This document shows, piece by piece, positions 1 through 15,000 of a stretch of 64,000 nucleotides of DNA. Made by a program: the position numbers and the translations under genes. The first letter of the stretch is position 1. Each line of letters begins with the position of its first letter. The stretch comes from Catajapyx aquilonaris (Eukaryota), in NCBI GenBank assembly GCA_000934665.2, contig JYFJ02001452.1, positions 1 to 64,000 on the forward strand, given 5' to 3'. The notes below the pieces were generated by a model. The model had not been told where the DNA came from. It searched no databases and worked only from the letters and a program-made list of their open reading frames with translations.

Positions 1-3000
1 GTTGCTCTAATGAGTGTCACTACCTTCAGGTGGAAGGACATCATTATCAGCCCACGCCATCTACCTTAGGCTCAGAACTTATTGGACGACCCTCGTACAA
101 AAGTTGGAAAAATAATTTGAAATCTTTTCTAACGCAGCTTATAGCCTCTCGCAGGTTCAGTTATAACAACAAGAGTTAGATTTGATCAAGCGTGCGTTAC
201 AGTTTGTAGCCTACAGTAGATATGCTTCGTTGACGAAAACTAGTACTGCCCAACAAAGCTGCAGCCGTCTGAAATAAGCTTAAGTTCGTAATATTACTCG
301 TTAATATCATATTTGACAATCATGTAATAATATATTTCGTCATACCCCTATGCAATGCAAGTGTAACTCAGTTTCGACCAAAATGTGTACTCTGATCGTT
401 CTGGGTTTCAGCTCTTCAAATGAATTACTCCAGGTGTACATCGACCACCGAAAGAGCTGTGTGCGCAGGGATTTTGCTACAAAAAATCAATTTTCTCCCT
501 AATCTGCAGCAGATCCGTACTGTAGGTACTAATGACAGGCTGGACATAGACCTAAACTGCCCGAAGAATATAATCATGAAAATGAAACCCAGCAGACCCT
601 TCTGTAAATGTATGCAAATCTACCGCGAAATCTACACATTATAAAAGATAATGATTGTTCTCAGTGCCAAATTATTTCACTGTATTCAAGTTATGCTGAT
701 ATTTTCATTATTATGATAGACCTGCCTCAAAATCGAACCAAGTGCAAAGTACTGTACAATACTGCACTCCAGACATATTGAAACAAGGCTATACTCTCTG
801 CAGCGGTTGCATCGTTATGCAACTTGCCATCAGACCTCTAATTACACCAACAGACCTAAATTACGGCACCAAAGGAACTCCACCAGTAACAAGACCAACA
901 AATCGAGTCCTGACCACAGGAATACAACCTTAATAAAAAGTTTAAAGGGGCGGCACAGCAAAAAGGGCCTTCATAAGGAGTTATGAAGCAAAGGGAAGGG
1001 GGAGAGAGAGGGAGAGGGTGGGCCTTCCGTGGTAAGGAGTGCTGATTAAACACACATAAAAATGAAGCAAGGGAGCAAAAAAAAAGGTAGGGGGGGGAAA
1101 AAATAGGCGAGGTTCCTGCAGAAGCTCGGAGACAGGAAGCCCAACGCGCAGCCCGCGGTCCTTTGCCCCGAGAAGGTAGGAATTCTGAGGAAATACTCCA
1201 AAGTTCCAGCCGACTACTTCAAAGGCTCCGGTGCGTCAGATCTACAGTGGCTGAGAAACAAGTTTCTATTGATTTCGGTTGCTCTATGCATTCCTTGCGA
1301 GAGAGGGGCCCTATATGAAGGCGCTCAGGGCATTTGCCATGAAGAAATTGTGCAGAATTTCCACGCGGGCGCGGCGAATGCGATGCACCATCAAATACAA
1401 CAAGCCATACGCTCAGACATAACGTGGCACGCACGTAAAACTTATTGCAGGGAGACTCAGCAGGTTTGTGCATACAGTATAAGGCTATACACCAACTAGC
1501 GAGGCTTATTCTCACAAGTTTGAAACATTGTGTCAAATCATAAGTATCATTATAATATAAGATTGCTGTCAATAATGACCATGTTAGAACGCCCATAAAA
1601 GAATTTTTTGACGGATTACTCTCTCCAGTCGCGCATGCGCATTATGTCGTTTTACATAATGGGGAAAATGTGAAAATTGATGGCTTACTCTTTCCAGTCG
1701 CGCATGCGCACTCCGACGTTTAGAGTCACATTATAACTGGAGGTGCCAACTTAGCCAGCCCTGCACCATGCAATTAATAGTTATGATTACTTTTCTGTTT
1801 GTGAAGCAGGGGGCAGAATTACTTTATTGAAAGTTGGTAAAGGCTACCGGAACCGGCTGGTGAAGCAATTTAATTATAAGCAATGGCCTACTTTGATCCT
1901 TTAGTATACCTAACTCCAGTGCTCGGGTTACGCTTTCCAAAGGAGAAGATTGTGTAAATTGTGCAAGGAAATCGATTTTTTTTTTCTCTGGCCATCCTTG
2001 TCGAGGCAACATCTCTAGTTCAACTTATCTGGATTTACATTTCAATTCAATGTGAACTTGGGATTTCCCTCATTACGTGCGATCTGGCAAAATAACTTGT
2101 CCAAATATCTGTATGCGGTACACAATTTATCAACCTTTCGTAGACTTCACTTTAGGCGAGGGTATATGAAAGACTTTGATGTATCTACGGATTAGCTATA
2201 CGTAAGAGTTGTCCTTGCGCATGACCTTTTCTCTGATACAGTCATGCTATTGCATACCAGATGGCGTTTCATAAAAATGGATATTAACAAAGCAATGCAA
2301 ACAGACTCACAAAAATAGCACCGTATGGACAGGGGGGATGTTATTTATTACCCGTGTATGTACACTTGCAGTCACGCATCGTACATCCAGCTTGTAATAA
2401 AATTTTTACATCCACGTTGGTCAGGAATTCCTGCTTTTGCTTTGTGTCAGCCATGTACAGTACCTTTATTTGGCATATCCTAAAACCAAATTATTATGCA
2501 TAATTATTTCTAAATGACATAATTACATCCTGAATGGTCAATGAGGTTTTACCAAGGGTTTTACTCCGTCAATATTTAAAATTTAAGAAATATATTACAT
2601 TACCGGTACTATGCATACCGCAGGGTTTCGACCTGAAATGCATTTCAGATAATTTTAATAATGAAAATAAAAGTTAATTGGCTTTTTATGCAGTAATTAT
2701 GAGTCGTGATAACTTACACTCTTCTCTAATATTACAAAGTACATACAAAGAGTACCAACTGAAGGACGTTATATCTAATGTAGGTTGTCTTACTGGCATA
2801 CATGCTGACAGCAAAGAAATGAAGTAAGTCTATGTTGATGTCATCAAAACAGAAATATTAGTATCTAACATGATATTTTGTTTGCAAGTTCAAGCATGAT
2901 ATTAGATACAGATACGGTATTATTCAAATTTCAATTTGAAAGATATTGGCCTGATCGCTCTTACTACAAGTACTCTGTGTTATTATTACAATGGATTCTC

Positions 3001-6000
3001 ACAGTACAAGAATATCGCTTAGTTCTCTGTTTGATGCAGGCCTTCAATTACTGTACGAGAAAGGAACCAACAATTTTCATTATCTTGACGTCACTCAAGG
3101 AGGCAGAGAGAGAATTTAATTTCACAGGGCTAACGGTGGTGGGAATAACTTCCATGTTAATATCAGTAAAGATTTCTGCAGTAACAACTTGCTAACTCCG
3201 GATTGCGAGAAAAACGTCCAAGTCCTTTCGAATAAGATGAATCTTAAAGCTAATCAACAATAATATTCTTCCAAAGTAAAACGGCACACCATTTAACAAC
3301 GACAAAAGACATTGTCCTTCTCCCAAGATACAAGCAATCATCGCACCGCAGATTTAGTTGAAATATTTTGACATTTCTAAACAGAATATAGTATATGGAA
3401 TAATAACATATCACATTATATAACTTATATGTTCCAGAACATTTAGGATCACTAAAGTGAGACATATTTTTAAAACCAGATGTCTAACTCTTTATTTGAA
3501 GAGTCAATATGCAGACCTTTTCCTAAACAGTTTTTCCTAATGTAATTGAACAAAATTAATATTAAATGGTCATTGAAACTCAGAATAATTATCGTTTAGA
3601 ATAATCACTTTTGATACCCCCCCCCCCCCCAGTTTTATAAATTACACCAAAACCTTCTGGAAATACTGAGCGTACTGCTCATCAACAATGGAGGATGCAT
3701 CTCCATATTGATCATTAGGGTCATAATGAGATAATTAGCTTCATTTAGGAAGTTCTGTAAGCTACAGTATATGTCAATGGAAGACGAGGTACAATACATA
3801 TTGCTAAATGTATGGCGTATAAAGCATGTAGGAGGTTCTATTGTCCAGTTGCTAGCTACAATTAATTTCAACTTCAATTGTATAATGGCTTTGAACATTG
3901 TGTATGAGGATATAGGTAATGGTATATACGTACTGTATTTTAAAGCTCTTGCCAGAATTGTAAATGTTTCCTTGCGGTTCTCTTTTAAGTGTTTCAATAT
4001 TTACCCCGTTTAGGTCTAACAACCATCGGAGTATTTCTCCTCAATTTCCAAAATGAGAATATTTTAGTTGGTTTTGTGGCTGATCATGAAGCCAGAAGAA
4101 AATAAACATGTTCCCTTATTTTTTACAATATTAAAATATTGGAGAATCCAATAATCAAGTACCCATCACTGAGACTTTCAGAGACTGAGTGGAGAGTAAT
4201 TAAAAAATTCCACAATTAAGTAATTAAATTCTGCATCATATATCCTGCACTGTGCTGGTATAGGCCGCATATTTGTCATAATTTGCAAAATAATAGCCTT
4301 GCCCCTCAAAAAATAGTTTCTAAAATAACATGTTTTCTTTTATTAAAATAAGCAAGGAAGTCTGAATATATTAAGATGTATCAAGATCTTAAATTATTCA
4401 AAAATCTCAGTCACATTTTGGTTTGAAACATTTAGTTAGGCGTGTTTGATATAGCCTTGGCAGAGTACTTCTTCATTGTCATGTTAGATTTCTGCAACAT
4501 TTTCACCGACGCGACGATGATACGAATGTAAGATTAATCGGCATAATTATGTGGTGTAAATTAACCGTCTTAATTGCCACTAATATTTGAGTTTATTCCA
4601 CAGGGCATGCGACATAAGCTTATTTACAAAAACTAATCCTTTCATTAGAAAATTTAAAACATTCGCAGTTTGGAGCACTGTTGGTACATTTTATGTACTT
4701 TTTATTCGAACCTACCCACGAAGGTGAACGTAATATTGTTTTACTTTTGACAAATCATAAGAAATATACGGGCCCACCTTAGGGGTCCGCCCTATCATGG
4801 GGTCGAATATATAAAACATATAAATAAATAAATGTACGGCCCACCGCGCCATTTTTAATTTATCAGAAGAACGTGGAACATTAACTTTCTGGGCCTCTGC
4901 AATGTAAGACTCTAACGCACTTACCGGTACTTACAAACCTTGGGATCGTGGATTTAATGATAATACAGTAGCATATTTTAGCAGGAAACTAACCTAACAA
5001 TTAAATCGCATTAAAATTACGAATACGAATGACTAATGGACAACATGAGTTGTTTTCATCTACCCACAATAAATAGTAAATCAACCCGAACCTGGTTCTA
5101 CAACAGTTCCTTTGGTGTTTTACTGTACTGTACCTACCAAATGCCTCTTTTCTCATGCCGTAAACGAACGTGGCCACGAAAAATTAGCATGCACTAAAAC
5201 TGAAGAAACTTCAAGGCCTGCTGAAGTTAAGAAAATAAAAACATCCGAAAAATAAGAGACGTTGTTTTCCTGGTCTTTTCTCAGCTTGACAGAGCTCATG
5301 ACATATTGGAAATATTTACGGCCGCCTTCCGACCATTTATAATTGCAAGCTAGGACACCAGACCGTAGATCTTGGTCAGAAGTCTTTCACGGGTGCGAGA
5401 CGGAAGCAGGGATCTTGACTGCAGGACGAGGTTTGCGGGGACTTGCAGCTACTTGGCCCTCCCCAAGAAAAGCCAAGAAAGAAAAAGAGAGGAAAAAAGC
5501 GCAAGACGGTGGAAAAATCGTAGTTGAGGGATTGTGTGGCACTTTCCTCGGGATTTATGGGGAGTGACTTGTTGTAACACAGAGGTTGTTTGGTTCAGAA
5601 AAGGAAAATCTCCGTGTCGCTATACCACCCAACAAAAAGCTTTGGGATGCGGTTGAATGCCAGCCTTTTTCTCTCTTTTTTCACCTTTTTAGAGTGGGAC
5701 AAACAATCCGATTCACCTGTACCTTCTGGCCCCTTCGCACCTGTCTACAAAACCACCGGGCTTTCATCCCCCTCCCGAGTAATGAAGCCTTACATTTTGT
5801 GCGCATGTAACCCCCGGCTGCTCGTTGCCTCTCTTAGGCATAGTGACCTAAATGGCGCTAAAACACAGGCGAGGCAGTTTGGGGAGAAAGAGGCGAGGAT
5901 TCGTCTTCATTTCTGTCGTCAGAGTCTTCCGTCTTTTCCTCCCTCCCACTCCTCCCACATCTAACCCTTTCCAACAACCTTCCCTCCTTTCAAATATCAA

Positions 6001-9000
6001 AGGTGACTGCCACAGAGGATTCTTCCCGTGGGATCTCTCAACATAGACAACGATACTTGCAGGAAATTTCGTCCCCTCTGGTTAATGGGCTTCGGAAGAC
6101 AGAGGTCACGCTCTTCTGGACGAGCCTGGGATGTGCTTCTCTCGGCTTTTCTCTGGCTATGGGATCACGCCAGGAAAAGAGCTTGTTCCCAGAATGATCG
6201 CGACACTACGTGGGGACCCAGGATGGCTTGCGACATTGGCTGCTATACCCGATGCGGATAGTACACTATAGATGAACTACAATGTTGCCAAAACGATGCA
6301 TATGTAAATCAAAATCTGGGTTTATGCAATATTTTTAGTGCGCCATCGTGGCCGGCAATATTGTCTTGACATGACGGTGGCATTAATTTTTAACAACCCG
6401 GTTAAGCGGTTCCCAATCTATGGGATACGCGATACCCATGGGTATGATAAAATTCTGGCATAAACTGCTGGCAGATAAAGTTTAGGGCGATATTTTAACC
6501 ATCCGCCAAAGACAGTGATTTTTGGTATCTCAGTGCAGCTGGCAGGTAACTACAAAGTATTTTATTAAACTTGCTGACATCTTTTTGCGCGGTAACAGTC
6601 CACACAGAATGCAGATCTGATTTCCACCACATTTTATGGCCATTAGTGGTCACTTTGTCTCTACATAGAACCAATCCTGTCTGCCTCAAAAGCATTCGTT
6701 GTGGTTCATTTGTGCTTCTATGTAACTCTACTGATCCAGAGAACCAATGTTGTATCTGATGGTTGCCAACGCAGGACACGTTTCTAAACAATTGATTTGA
6801 TCCCAGCTCCTATAGCAGCGGATCTGGAACATGTTTCGTTACGAGGAAACCTGGCAGAAAGTAAGCTACAAAAATATATGTAACCTGCCTCTCAGTGTGT
6901 GGAACCTTCGAACTCTAAAAGCAGAAGTCAAGGCCACTGGACCACAAAACAATTCTGGCTTGTTTCCTCATTAACAATACAAGGATTCGAAGATCAAACT
7001 CCATGGGTTGGATTAGTGTTCGCTCCAATGACAGCCCGGTTGCAAAACCCAGCCCTGGAGAGAAAGAAGAAGACGAAGAAGAAGAAAACGCAATCGTAAG
7101 ATGAAGCTCGCTCGGGCTTTCAAAATTCCGGCACGGGTCTATGAATCCAGATGGGCCAATCGGAGGAAAACCACATCCATCGGCAGTGTAGCGTGCTGAG
7201 ATAAAACTTGCGTAAGAGATCAGGGTTTTTTTCTTTTCCTTTTCCTCCTTATCCTTTCTCCGCCCATTCTCTTTTCCACACCCTCAAACCCTCATCTCTC
7301 TTCTTCCTTTATCCTTTCCTCGTCGAGCAACCTGCAGGCGTAACGAGCGCAACTTTTTTTCCAGTGACAAAAGTTGGCAAACAAATCCGATTCACCAAAT
7401 CACCTGAGTGCATAGCGCATCGACAGCTTAAAAGGGAGAAAGACGGGAAAAGAAATGGGGACAAACCGTAAAAAAGTAAAAGGAGCCATCTTACACTTGT
7501 CGCCTTTCGACGAACAAGACGTGTCCTTTTAAGGGTTTAATTAAGTAAAAGGCAGACTGTAAACGAAATGGCCAAACTTTTCTCGCTTAGAGCAGTCGTG
7601 AAAAAAATAATTACATTCGCATGTAACTCTCCCCAATTCGGCTGAGCGTTGTCTAATCACGCTTCTCGAATGGATTGTAAAGGCATTGTACGACCGGATA
7701 CTTGTAAATGCGCATCCGAATGATGAAACATGTCTTCGAATATTTACCGTACATTTTACTTCATACTGCTCCAGCGTAAGTGGCAAAATCAAGCACTTTC
7801 TCTCAACCGTCGCTTTGTTATTATAAAATTCAAAGCTTTCTTGTTTGTACAGTATGTCCATGTTTGGTTTTCATGGCAACCTGCTTTCATGTCAACTGGT
7901 TGCCCTGCCATGAATTCTGATCCGCACAATATTATCCTATGTCCTTGCGAATTACGGGTTCATCTGATAGTTTATTTGAGTAAAGAAATACGTTCATACC
8001 TCCATTTACGTTTCCACAAAAAATATTGCTCTTATTTCCAAGACTTGCTGCGTCATCATGTATGCGCAGTTGGTTCTGTCCTTTACCAGAATCCAAGCCA
8101 TAATGCGAATAATTCCACCTCTCTCTTCCTTTCCAAAATGCAGGTGTTGTCTGTTTAGACTCCGTTTTGCTATAGGGGAGGCGCATTGTGTAGTGAAATC
8201 ACACAAATGGGCTATTAACCCTGTGGGGGCAGCTCAGATCACGTCTCTCGGATCACGCCTTCCCTTTTTCCCCCCTTCCCCTCCCTCTCCCTTCTCTAAA
8301 AAAGGGAGGGTTGGAAGGAGGGGACGCTGCCTGACTACATGACGCCCACGCTTCAATAATTAATTGTCCCGCTCTGGAGCTGACCCGTGCCCAGAATTCA
8401 TAGCCTCCAGGCTATTACGACACCCCCACCCACCCCCTCGTCTCGTGGGGTGGTGGACATGTCCCTTCTACTCCACCTCGCTACCTGATTTTCCATAATT
8501 CCCATCAACGGATCCCTGATGGCTCCCTCCTTGCTTGTACATCGAGATTCTGCAGGACACTAATGGTTCCGCCGGCTTCATGAGGGAATTTAGAAAATAC
8601 TGCCCTTGCTGCTTTGACCTTTTTCGAGGGACATCCCCCCCCCCTCCTTTTCAACCCACTTTTTGTGCACGTTGCGATGAAAAGCCAGAACTCGTGTTAC
8701 ACGTGAAATAAACATGGTCGGGATGAATTTGTTAAACGTTTTGCGAACTGCTTCACCACACTCACAGTAAGTATTTAAAACTCTTTCGTAAACAGTTACC
8801 TATTATTACTGGAGAAAATACGCACACTGCAATGGCTATTCAATACTGTTCCTTAAAACGATAGATCTGATACTTAATTTCGTTAAAATGCGGAGCAGTT
8901 TGCGTTTCCAAGGTGCTTTAATTATCAGCACTTGCCTGTTAGCCATGAAAAATGTATGGACTTTCCCTCCGAGCATTCACCAACTTTTTAAAAACACCCA

Positions 9001-12000
9001 ACAGCGTGTTTGCTGCACCACGTTGGCAAAAAAATAAGCCCATTCCGGTAAACAGGAAGAAAATAAAGCATTCTACAGTATTGAATTCCCGTTTTGTCCT
9101 CTCCTGCATGGATGGAAAATTAATTAAAAATATGTGCAACAATAATTGCAGCCAGTGAACTGACCAAGGATCACTCACCCCAGCCATTGTTAGACTCCGA
9201 ACTTGGGCATTTCACCAGCGCTCTATAGTTTCTCCATCACAATGGAAAAGATGAAACAAGACGTCTCTCTTCATGCCGTTACCCCCTCTTGATGATAGCT
9301 TCTGAACCTTTGGTCGGCACCTGTACACCGCCCTCCCAAAAAATCATCAATTCCTCACACGTCAGCGATAGCCAGAATCGAATCCTAACTCCAAATAGAG
9401 CCCAACTGCCAGCCACTCCTCCCAGGATTGGTCCAGGTCAATATTTTATGCCTCCGGATCCATAGTTTTTTTCTTCTATCCGGCAAAAGGAGGTTAAAAC
9501 GGGAGGGGNGGGGGGGGGGGGGGGGGGTGTTGCGAGCAAGAAGGATCCAAGTTGCATAAAAAATGGAAGCTGAGATGCTGCTGGGTGGGAAATATTCGGG
9601 TGATGGACCCAAGACAATGCAATATAAGGACAGCTAAAGTTCCCTTGGCCTACCAATTACGCAAGGCAGCAGCATCCACACGACCCTAAGGGGACTCCGA
9701 GGCCCCCCGAAGAAGGAAACACGGCATGAATTTTCATCTGCACACAAATTTGGTTCCCCGGGATGCCTTGACTGGCAGCGTAATTGCGGCAAGCAGCGAA
9801 ACTGGAGAAGGAAAGGCATCTGGCGCAGCCGTTCAGGAATGTAGTAGTAGACCCAGGCATTCCATACCGCTGTTTTCTTGAACAGTATCGTGTGCAAGCC
9901 AAGGAAGAAGGGTGGGGGGGGGGGGTCTTTTCCTTGTTTGCCGTCTTAGTCCACGCTCTCAGTTGATGCTCCGCAACCAGCCAAGCTCTCTCTATTCGAC
10001 TCTGGGGAATTGCAATTTCAGAGATTGGATGGCCGCTTCCAAATAGTAACCGGCCATTATGGCCTCCATTTATGTCGCCTTTACTAACTGATTCCTTTCA
10101 TACAAAAACCCTCCCCCCTTCCTTCCTGCCTCCAGTCTCTTTGTTAGCATTGCTTTTATAAAGAATACTATCTCGGTGATACTGGAGGGTTAAGGGCGCA
10201 GTCAAAATTTTTGTTGCGCTGAGGTGAATCTATCCGGCGATTTAACTCGCGACCAATTAGGTTGGGAGGCAAACGGGGCAGGTGTTTAAGAGTGGGATTG
10301 CAGTTAAATGCATTGTGGCAATGCGATTTAGTTTGGTGATTCGCAGCCAGTCGTCATCGTTGTATTCGTAAAATTTGCTTAGAGTTAACTGCTCATTTGA
10401 GGGTGCTCAAAATGGGTCTGAATTGCTCCTAACCAGAATACTGATAATGGGTTGACGCTACCTCTGAGTGAAGAGTTCAGAAGGTTAGATTGCGATGTGA
10501 AATGTTCCAAACTTATTTAATTCCGCGACCACCAATACCAAATTCAAGGAAATGTTTGTTTTCAGGATTTTAGTGTTCTAGTTCTTTCCTGAGCACTGAG
10601 CAGTCATGTTTTCGAATGCTACTGGCTACAAGGTACTTCCTTCCTTACATAAATTTTGAACCTATTTTACCTACAACAGCCTAATATATTTCAAGAACTA
10701 CTTATTATATTAGCCAAATAGTGTTTCCGGTCATTATGCCGAAAAAAACCATTCTTGTACGGCTTTCTTTGATTTGGGTAGCACCTCTTATGTAACAAAA
10801 TCAAAGTGGCATAGAAAGTTATGTCCATTTTTATGGCTCTAATACAGTCCTCACAGCGTAACTTCTCAAAGAAAAACCACCAGACATCCAAAGCGATCTG
10901 ATTGGTGGAGCCAAGGTCGCGGGCCCCTGACTCACCAATCAGATCGGTGGGTACAAGGCCGTACAAAAGAAATGCCACTTTCGAAATCCTACCACAGTGT
11001 GAAAAGTTCGGGTATAAGCACTGCGTGCAGCTACAGCTTGAAAGAAAATATTATCCTGGATTGGCAGAGCCACCCTTCAACGTCTCTTGCCTTCCACAAT
11101 GCCTAGTGTGCAGGGGCTATTTCAAGCGCAATTTTAGCCCCTGCACCCTAGGCATCACTTCACTCAGAAAAGACTGGAGGGTAGCCCTGCCAATCCAGGA
11201 TAAAGCCGCGTTTCTCAATATGATTGTGAAATACTGAAATAAGTTCAGACTGCCACGCATCTCGTAATTAATATAGGCTTTAACTGATATGAGTTGTGTT
11301 TTAAAGCATAAAGATAAATTTCTGTGCGGTATTTCGTAGTTAAAAATGGTTCATTATGAGTTCATTAGGATGCGGACCCCTATTATTACGAGAATACTGT
11401 ATGGTTTGTACAGTTAGAGTTAGGAATAGTACATTTTGCAGGCTTTAGACACGATGGCCTTAACTTCATGTATTGTTACACTTAGCTCTGAATCATCATA
11501 ATAACGAAAGAAATGGCCACTTAGTTTGAGTTTGTCAAGGAGCGTTGAAGAATCGCACAAGTTATGAAGGGTACAGGAGCGCTACACAGTAAAACAGTAG
11601 TGGTGCACAAGGAAAGATACTACTCAATTGAGTAATATTACGTAATTAAGAATGTTCGTACGAAACATGCGATTATTAATATAACTGAAATTGGAATTTA
11701 AATGTCAAAAAATGTAAGGAATGTAGGCCTATTCATCCAATACAATTATAATGAAATGATTAATTGCTTACTTTTTCTGTTAATTGAATACCGAACTTAA
11801 AGCATGTATAACTTACATCTAGTATCGTGTAAAAACATCTCTACAGTTTCTAAGTTTATAATTAGGTTAAAATTAGGTCAACTCTCAGCGAGTACCCCTT
11901 ATGACACCTGAAACATTGTTGCACACATAGTCGTATTCTGCTACTGGCACATGGTTATTATAATTTTACAGCAGCATCCCACTCTCACATTTAAATTGAC

Positions 12001-15000
12001 ATAAAATGGTTTTTACAGCGCATGAAGGCGTTTTATCATCACAACTCACTTATGTTAAAATCATGTACTCCAAAAGCTCATGGTAATATGTGATAATAGT
12101 AGCCCGGAGAAATTCAATTTTTTCACAATAATAGCTTCGGTCTCATGCGGGCAGAAAATAATTGGCTTGTTCGCAAATTTTTTTAAAACTGCCATCCAAT
12201 TTGTACTGATCGCACATCAACACACACAAAACCCGGGCCAAAACCTCCCACGCCAATGCAGCAAAGGTCGCGCTATCTTCAACACCCTTAATTCCCGGAA
12301 TAAACTGATCAATTTTCAGCCCGTCTGCACTCGGTCACATGCCGTACAGCTACACCACTTGATAATCTCTCATTCAAGGTGAAATGAGATTATTATGATC
12401 CACTACCGCTTACGCAGGGAGAAAACAGCCAATCAGTTGACGCAATTCCCCATAGCTCTCCATTTGATTGGATTTGCAATTGTCACAATCCATCAATAGT
12501 GCGGTTTTGCATCATCGCCGCTCTGGTCATGGGCCTTGCCTAGATTTAACCCGAGTATCGAGTATTAATCACGCCGAAAACGTGCCGGGCAAAAATCGGC
12601 ACGTGGGTCGATTTGACACAAAAGAACGCACACATCGGGTTCCTCTAACCACCCACTCAAATGCGATGGCCAGTGAGTGGACTGAAACACACAGATACAA
12701 AAAAAAAAAATCAGAAGGGCCACCTCTCTCTACTGTTTACACGGAATAAACAGTTCCAGGACAATTCAGAAAACATTTCACGGTACTTTTCGCCGAGAGC
12801 AAACTTTTTGGTGTGAAACGAGTGACTGCACTGCGAGCTGTGTTACTGCCATTAGAGAAATGTTTTGATCCATAATCAAGGGTATATCCAATCTGATGAG
12901 AAGCCCTTTGAACCCTCCAACTCCAGGGAGGTAAAAAAAAGGCGGTGGGGCAAAGTGGAGTTTCCTATCAGTCAAGCCGTCCTTTTTTAGTCCTCTAGCG
13001 AGAGTAAGGTACTGAAGGGTTGAGTAGAAGACGAAGAAGAAGAAAAAACGACAACGCGACTTCTAGACGATGGGGAGAGGAGTAAAAAGACGGGCAGAGC
13101 AGAGTGCTGGGTAAATATGTGCCTACATCTCCTCGAAGGGGGTTTCAGTAGCAGCCCATAATGTCCATATGGGCAACGAGATTGAGAGTGGCACAGCGCA
13201 CTTTGCCAGCCTTGAGGAAACAAGTTGGGAAAACCCCTGGCTTGAAAACGTCAAATATTTATGTGTGCTCACACCGCCAGGTTACTTCCCACAATGAGTC
13301 GGGGGTGGGGGTTGGGGGTTACTCTGTAATGAAAATCTACGCACCTAAAAGGCAGCCTAATCTTAAAATACGGCTTCATAAACGGCTCGGCGCGATAACT
13401 CTGCTCGGAGTGAAAAGGGCAAGACAAATTGAGGCTGGCTGGGCTGGCCATGTTTGCAATTGTGTAAAGCACAATATCATCATGCAGAAAAAGAGCGGTG
13501 GCCCAATGTTCATGACAGACTGCAATCATGGGGAGGTGTCAAACGCTCAAAGTTGCATGTGATGTTATTCACAAAATTAATGGATAAAAAAACCGCGCTT
13601 GTGGATAGGACACGCCACACACTCCACAGAAGGACAAGTGGAATACTGGAGTGCATGAAAGAGAACCCTGCAGCTGAGCCCAAGTGCTTTTGTGTGTGCC
13701 GAAGCACACATCTCCCCTTTTTACCCCAATTACTGGATCAAACGCCACCCGGCAATGTCGCAGACACCCCTGGCACAACAGGCACTTCCCCAACCCCAAT
13801 ATAATCGGGCCCCGATTTTGCATATCAAAACTGACAGGAAATCTAATTAAACAAGTTCTTGTCACTTGGAATCACGGCCTACTGCTCCCCCAGGATTACA
13901 AACTGGTGTTGGTGAAGAGACCAAAACTTTAGTTCCAAAATAAAATTCGCGGGGGTTCAATCAGAGAAAAGCATAACACCCGAACAAAACCCAGTTTAAT
14001 GGGTCCATTTAACCAACTTTCTCCTCAGGTTCTTCTTGGAAGGCAACTAAACTGTCGGTCACGGAGTATCCAAGTTGTTTTTCTCCCAACCTGAAACCTT
14101 CCACCAGAGTCATCAACGCTGTCCAGATCGTGTAAACGAGTCAGGCTCCCGGATCCTATTAAAAATCCTGATGAGTGAAGGTGTTGATGTACCCTGGTCA
14201 AGTGTGTAGGTGCAAAAGCTGCTCTCTCTTTTTTTTCCTCTCCAGTTTTTTCCATCCCCCTGCTGGAGTCCAGAGCCAGTGGGAATCACACGAGTCGCAC
14301 ATGAGGCACAAGAATCGAATTCCAATTGCAGAGGTGGAGAGCAGGCGAAAATTTGCAGCTAACTGAATGTTGGCTCCCTTTCCTCCAAACCCAGAAATGC
14401 TTGGAATTTTTGAAACGCACAGACTATCGGATTTACCTCTCCCCCCCTCCTCCCCCTCCAACTCTCTTTTTTGTTGGTTGGATTGAAGATTAGACCTGCA
14501 TTGCTCTCCGACGAATTTTCGGTTTTCAATACTCCGCTTACTGGCAGGGAGAGGTGCCTTTGAGTCGGGGCAAACCGTTTATTGTCCCGTGAAAAATGCG
14601 CAAATTATCCGGCGATGGAATACTTTGTTACTAATGCAATTTATGCACGCCGGCTGAGTAATCAGAGTGATAAACAACCGAAGAAATGCAGTTGTCCTCT
14701 TAAAGCTGAGCGATAAATCACGCGGGATTTAACGTGCCATATAGCGCGCATTTCACCAGTAAATATCCTGCGAGAGAAAAATTGAGTTTTAAGCCTTTCA
14801 CAGGGATGAAGAAATGCAATCTTGTTGCATGAGTATATTTGTCAATATTTAATGGACATTCCTTCCGTCTGAAGCTGCACGGGATTTCCGCTATGCATGT
14901 GCTGCTGCCGCCCTCGGAATATTGGCATCCGTTTGCTTGCTTGCTTGCTCCGCTCAATGCCTCACAACAGCCAGGAATGTGCTATGTTGCTGCTGCTTCT

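Noticed and set aside
2878..4013. AT-rich ORFs considered as a transposase or reverse-transcriptase relic
   Set aside because: No DDE, hAT dimerisation or RT motif recognisable.
9505..9527. Long G run containing an N at 9509
   Set aside because: Homopolymer with a base-calling ambiguity; no biological inference possible.
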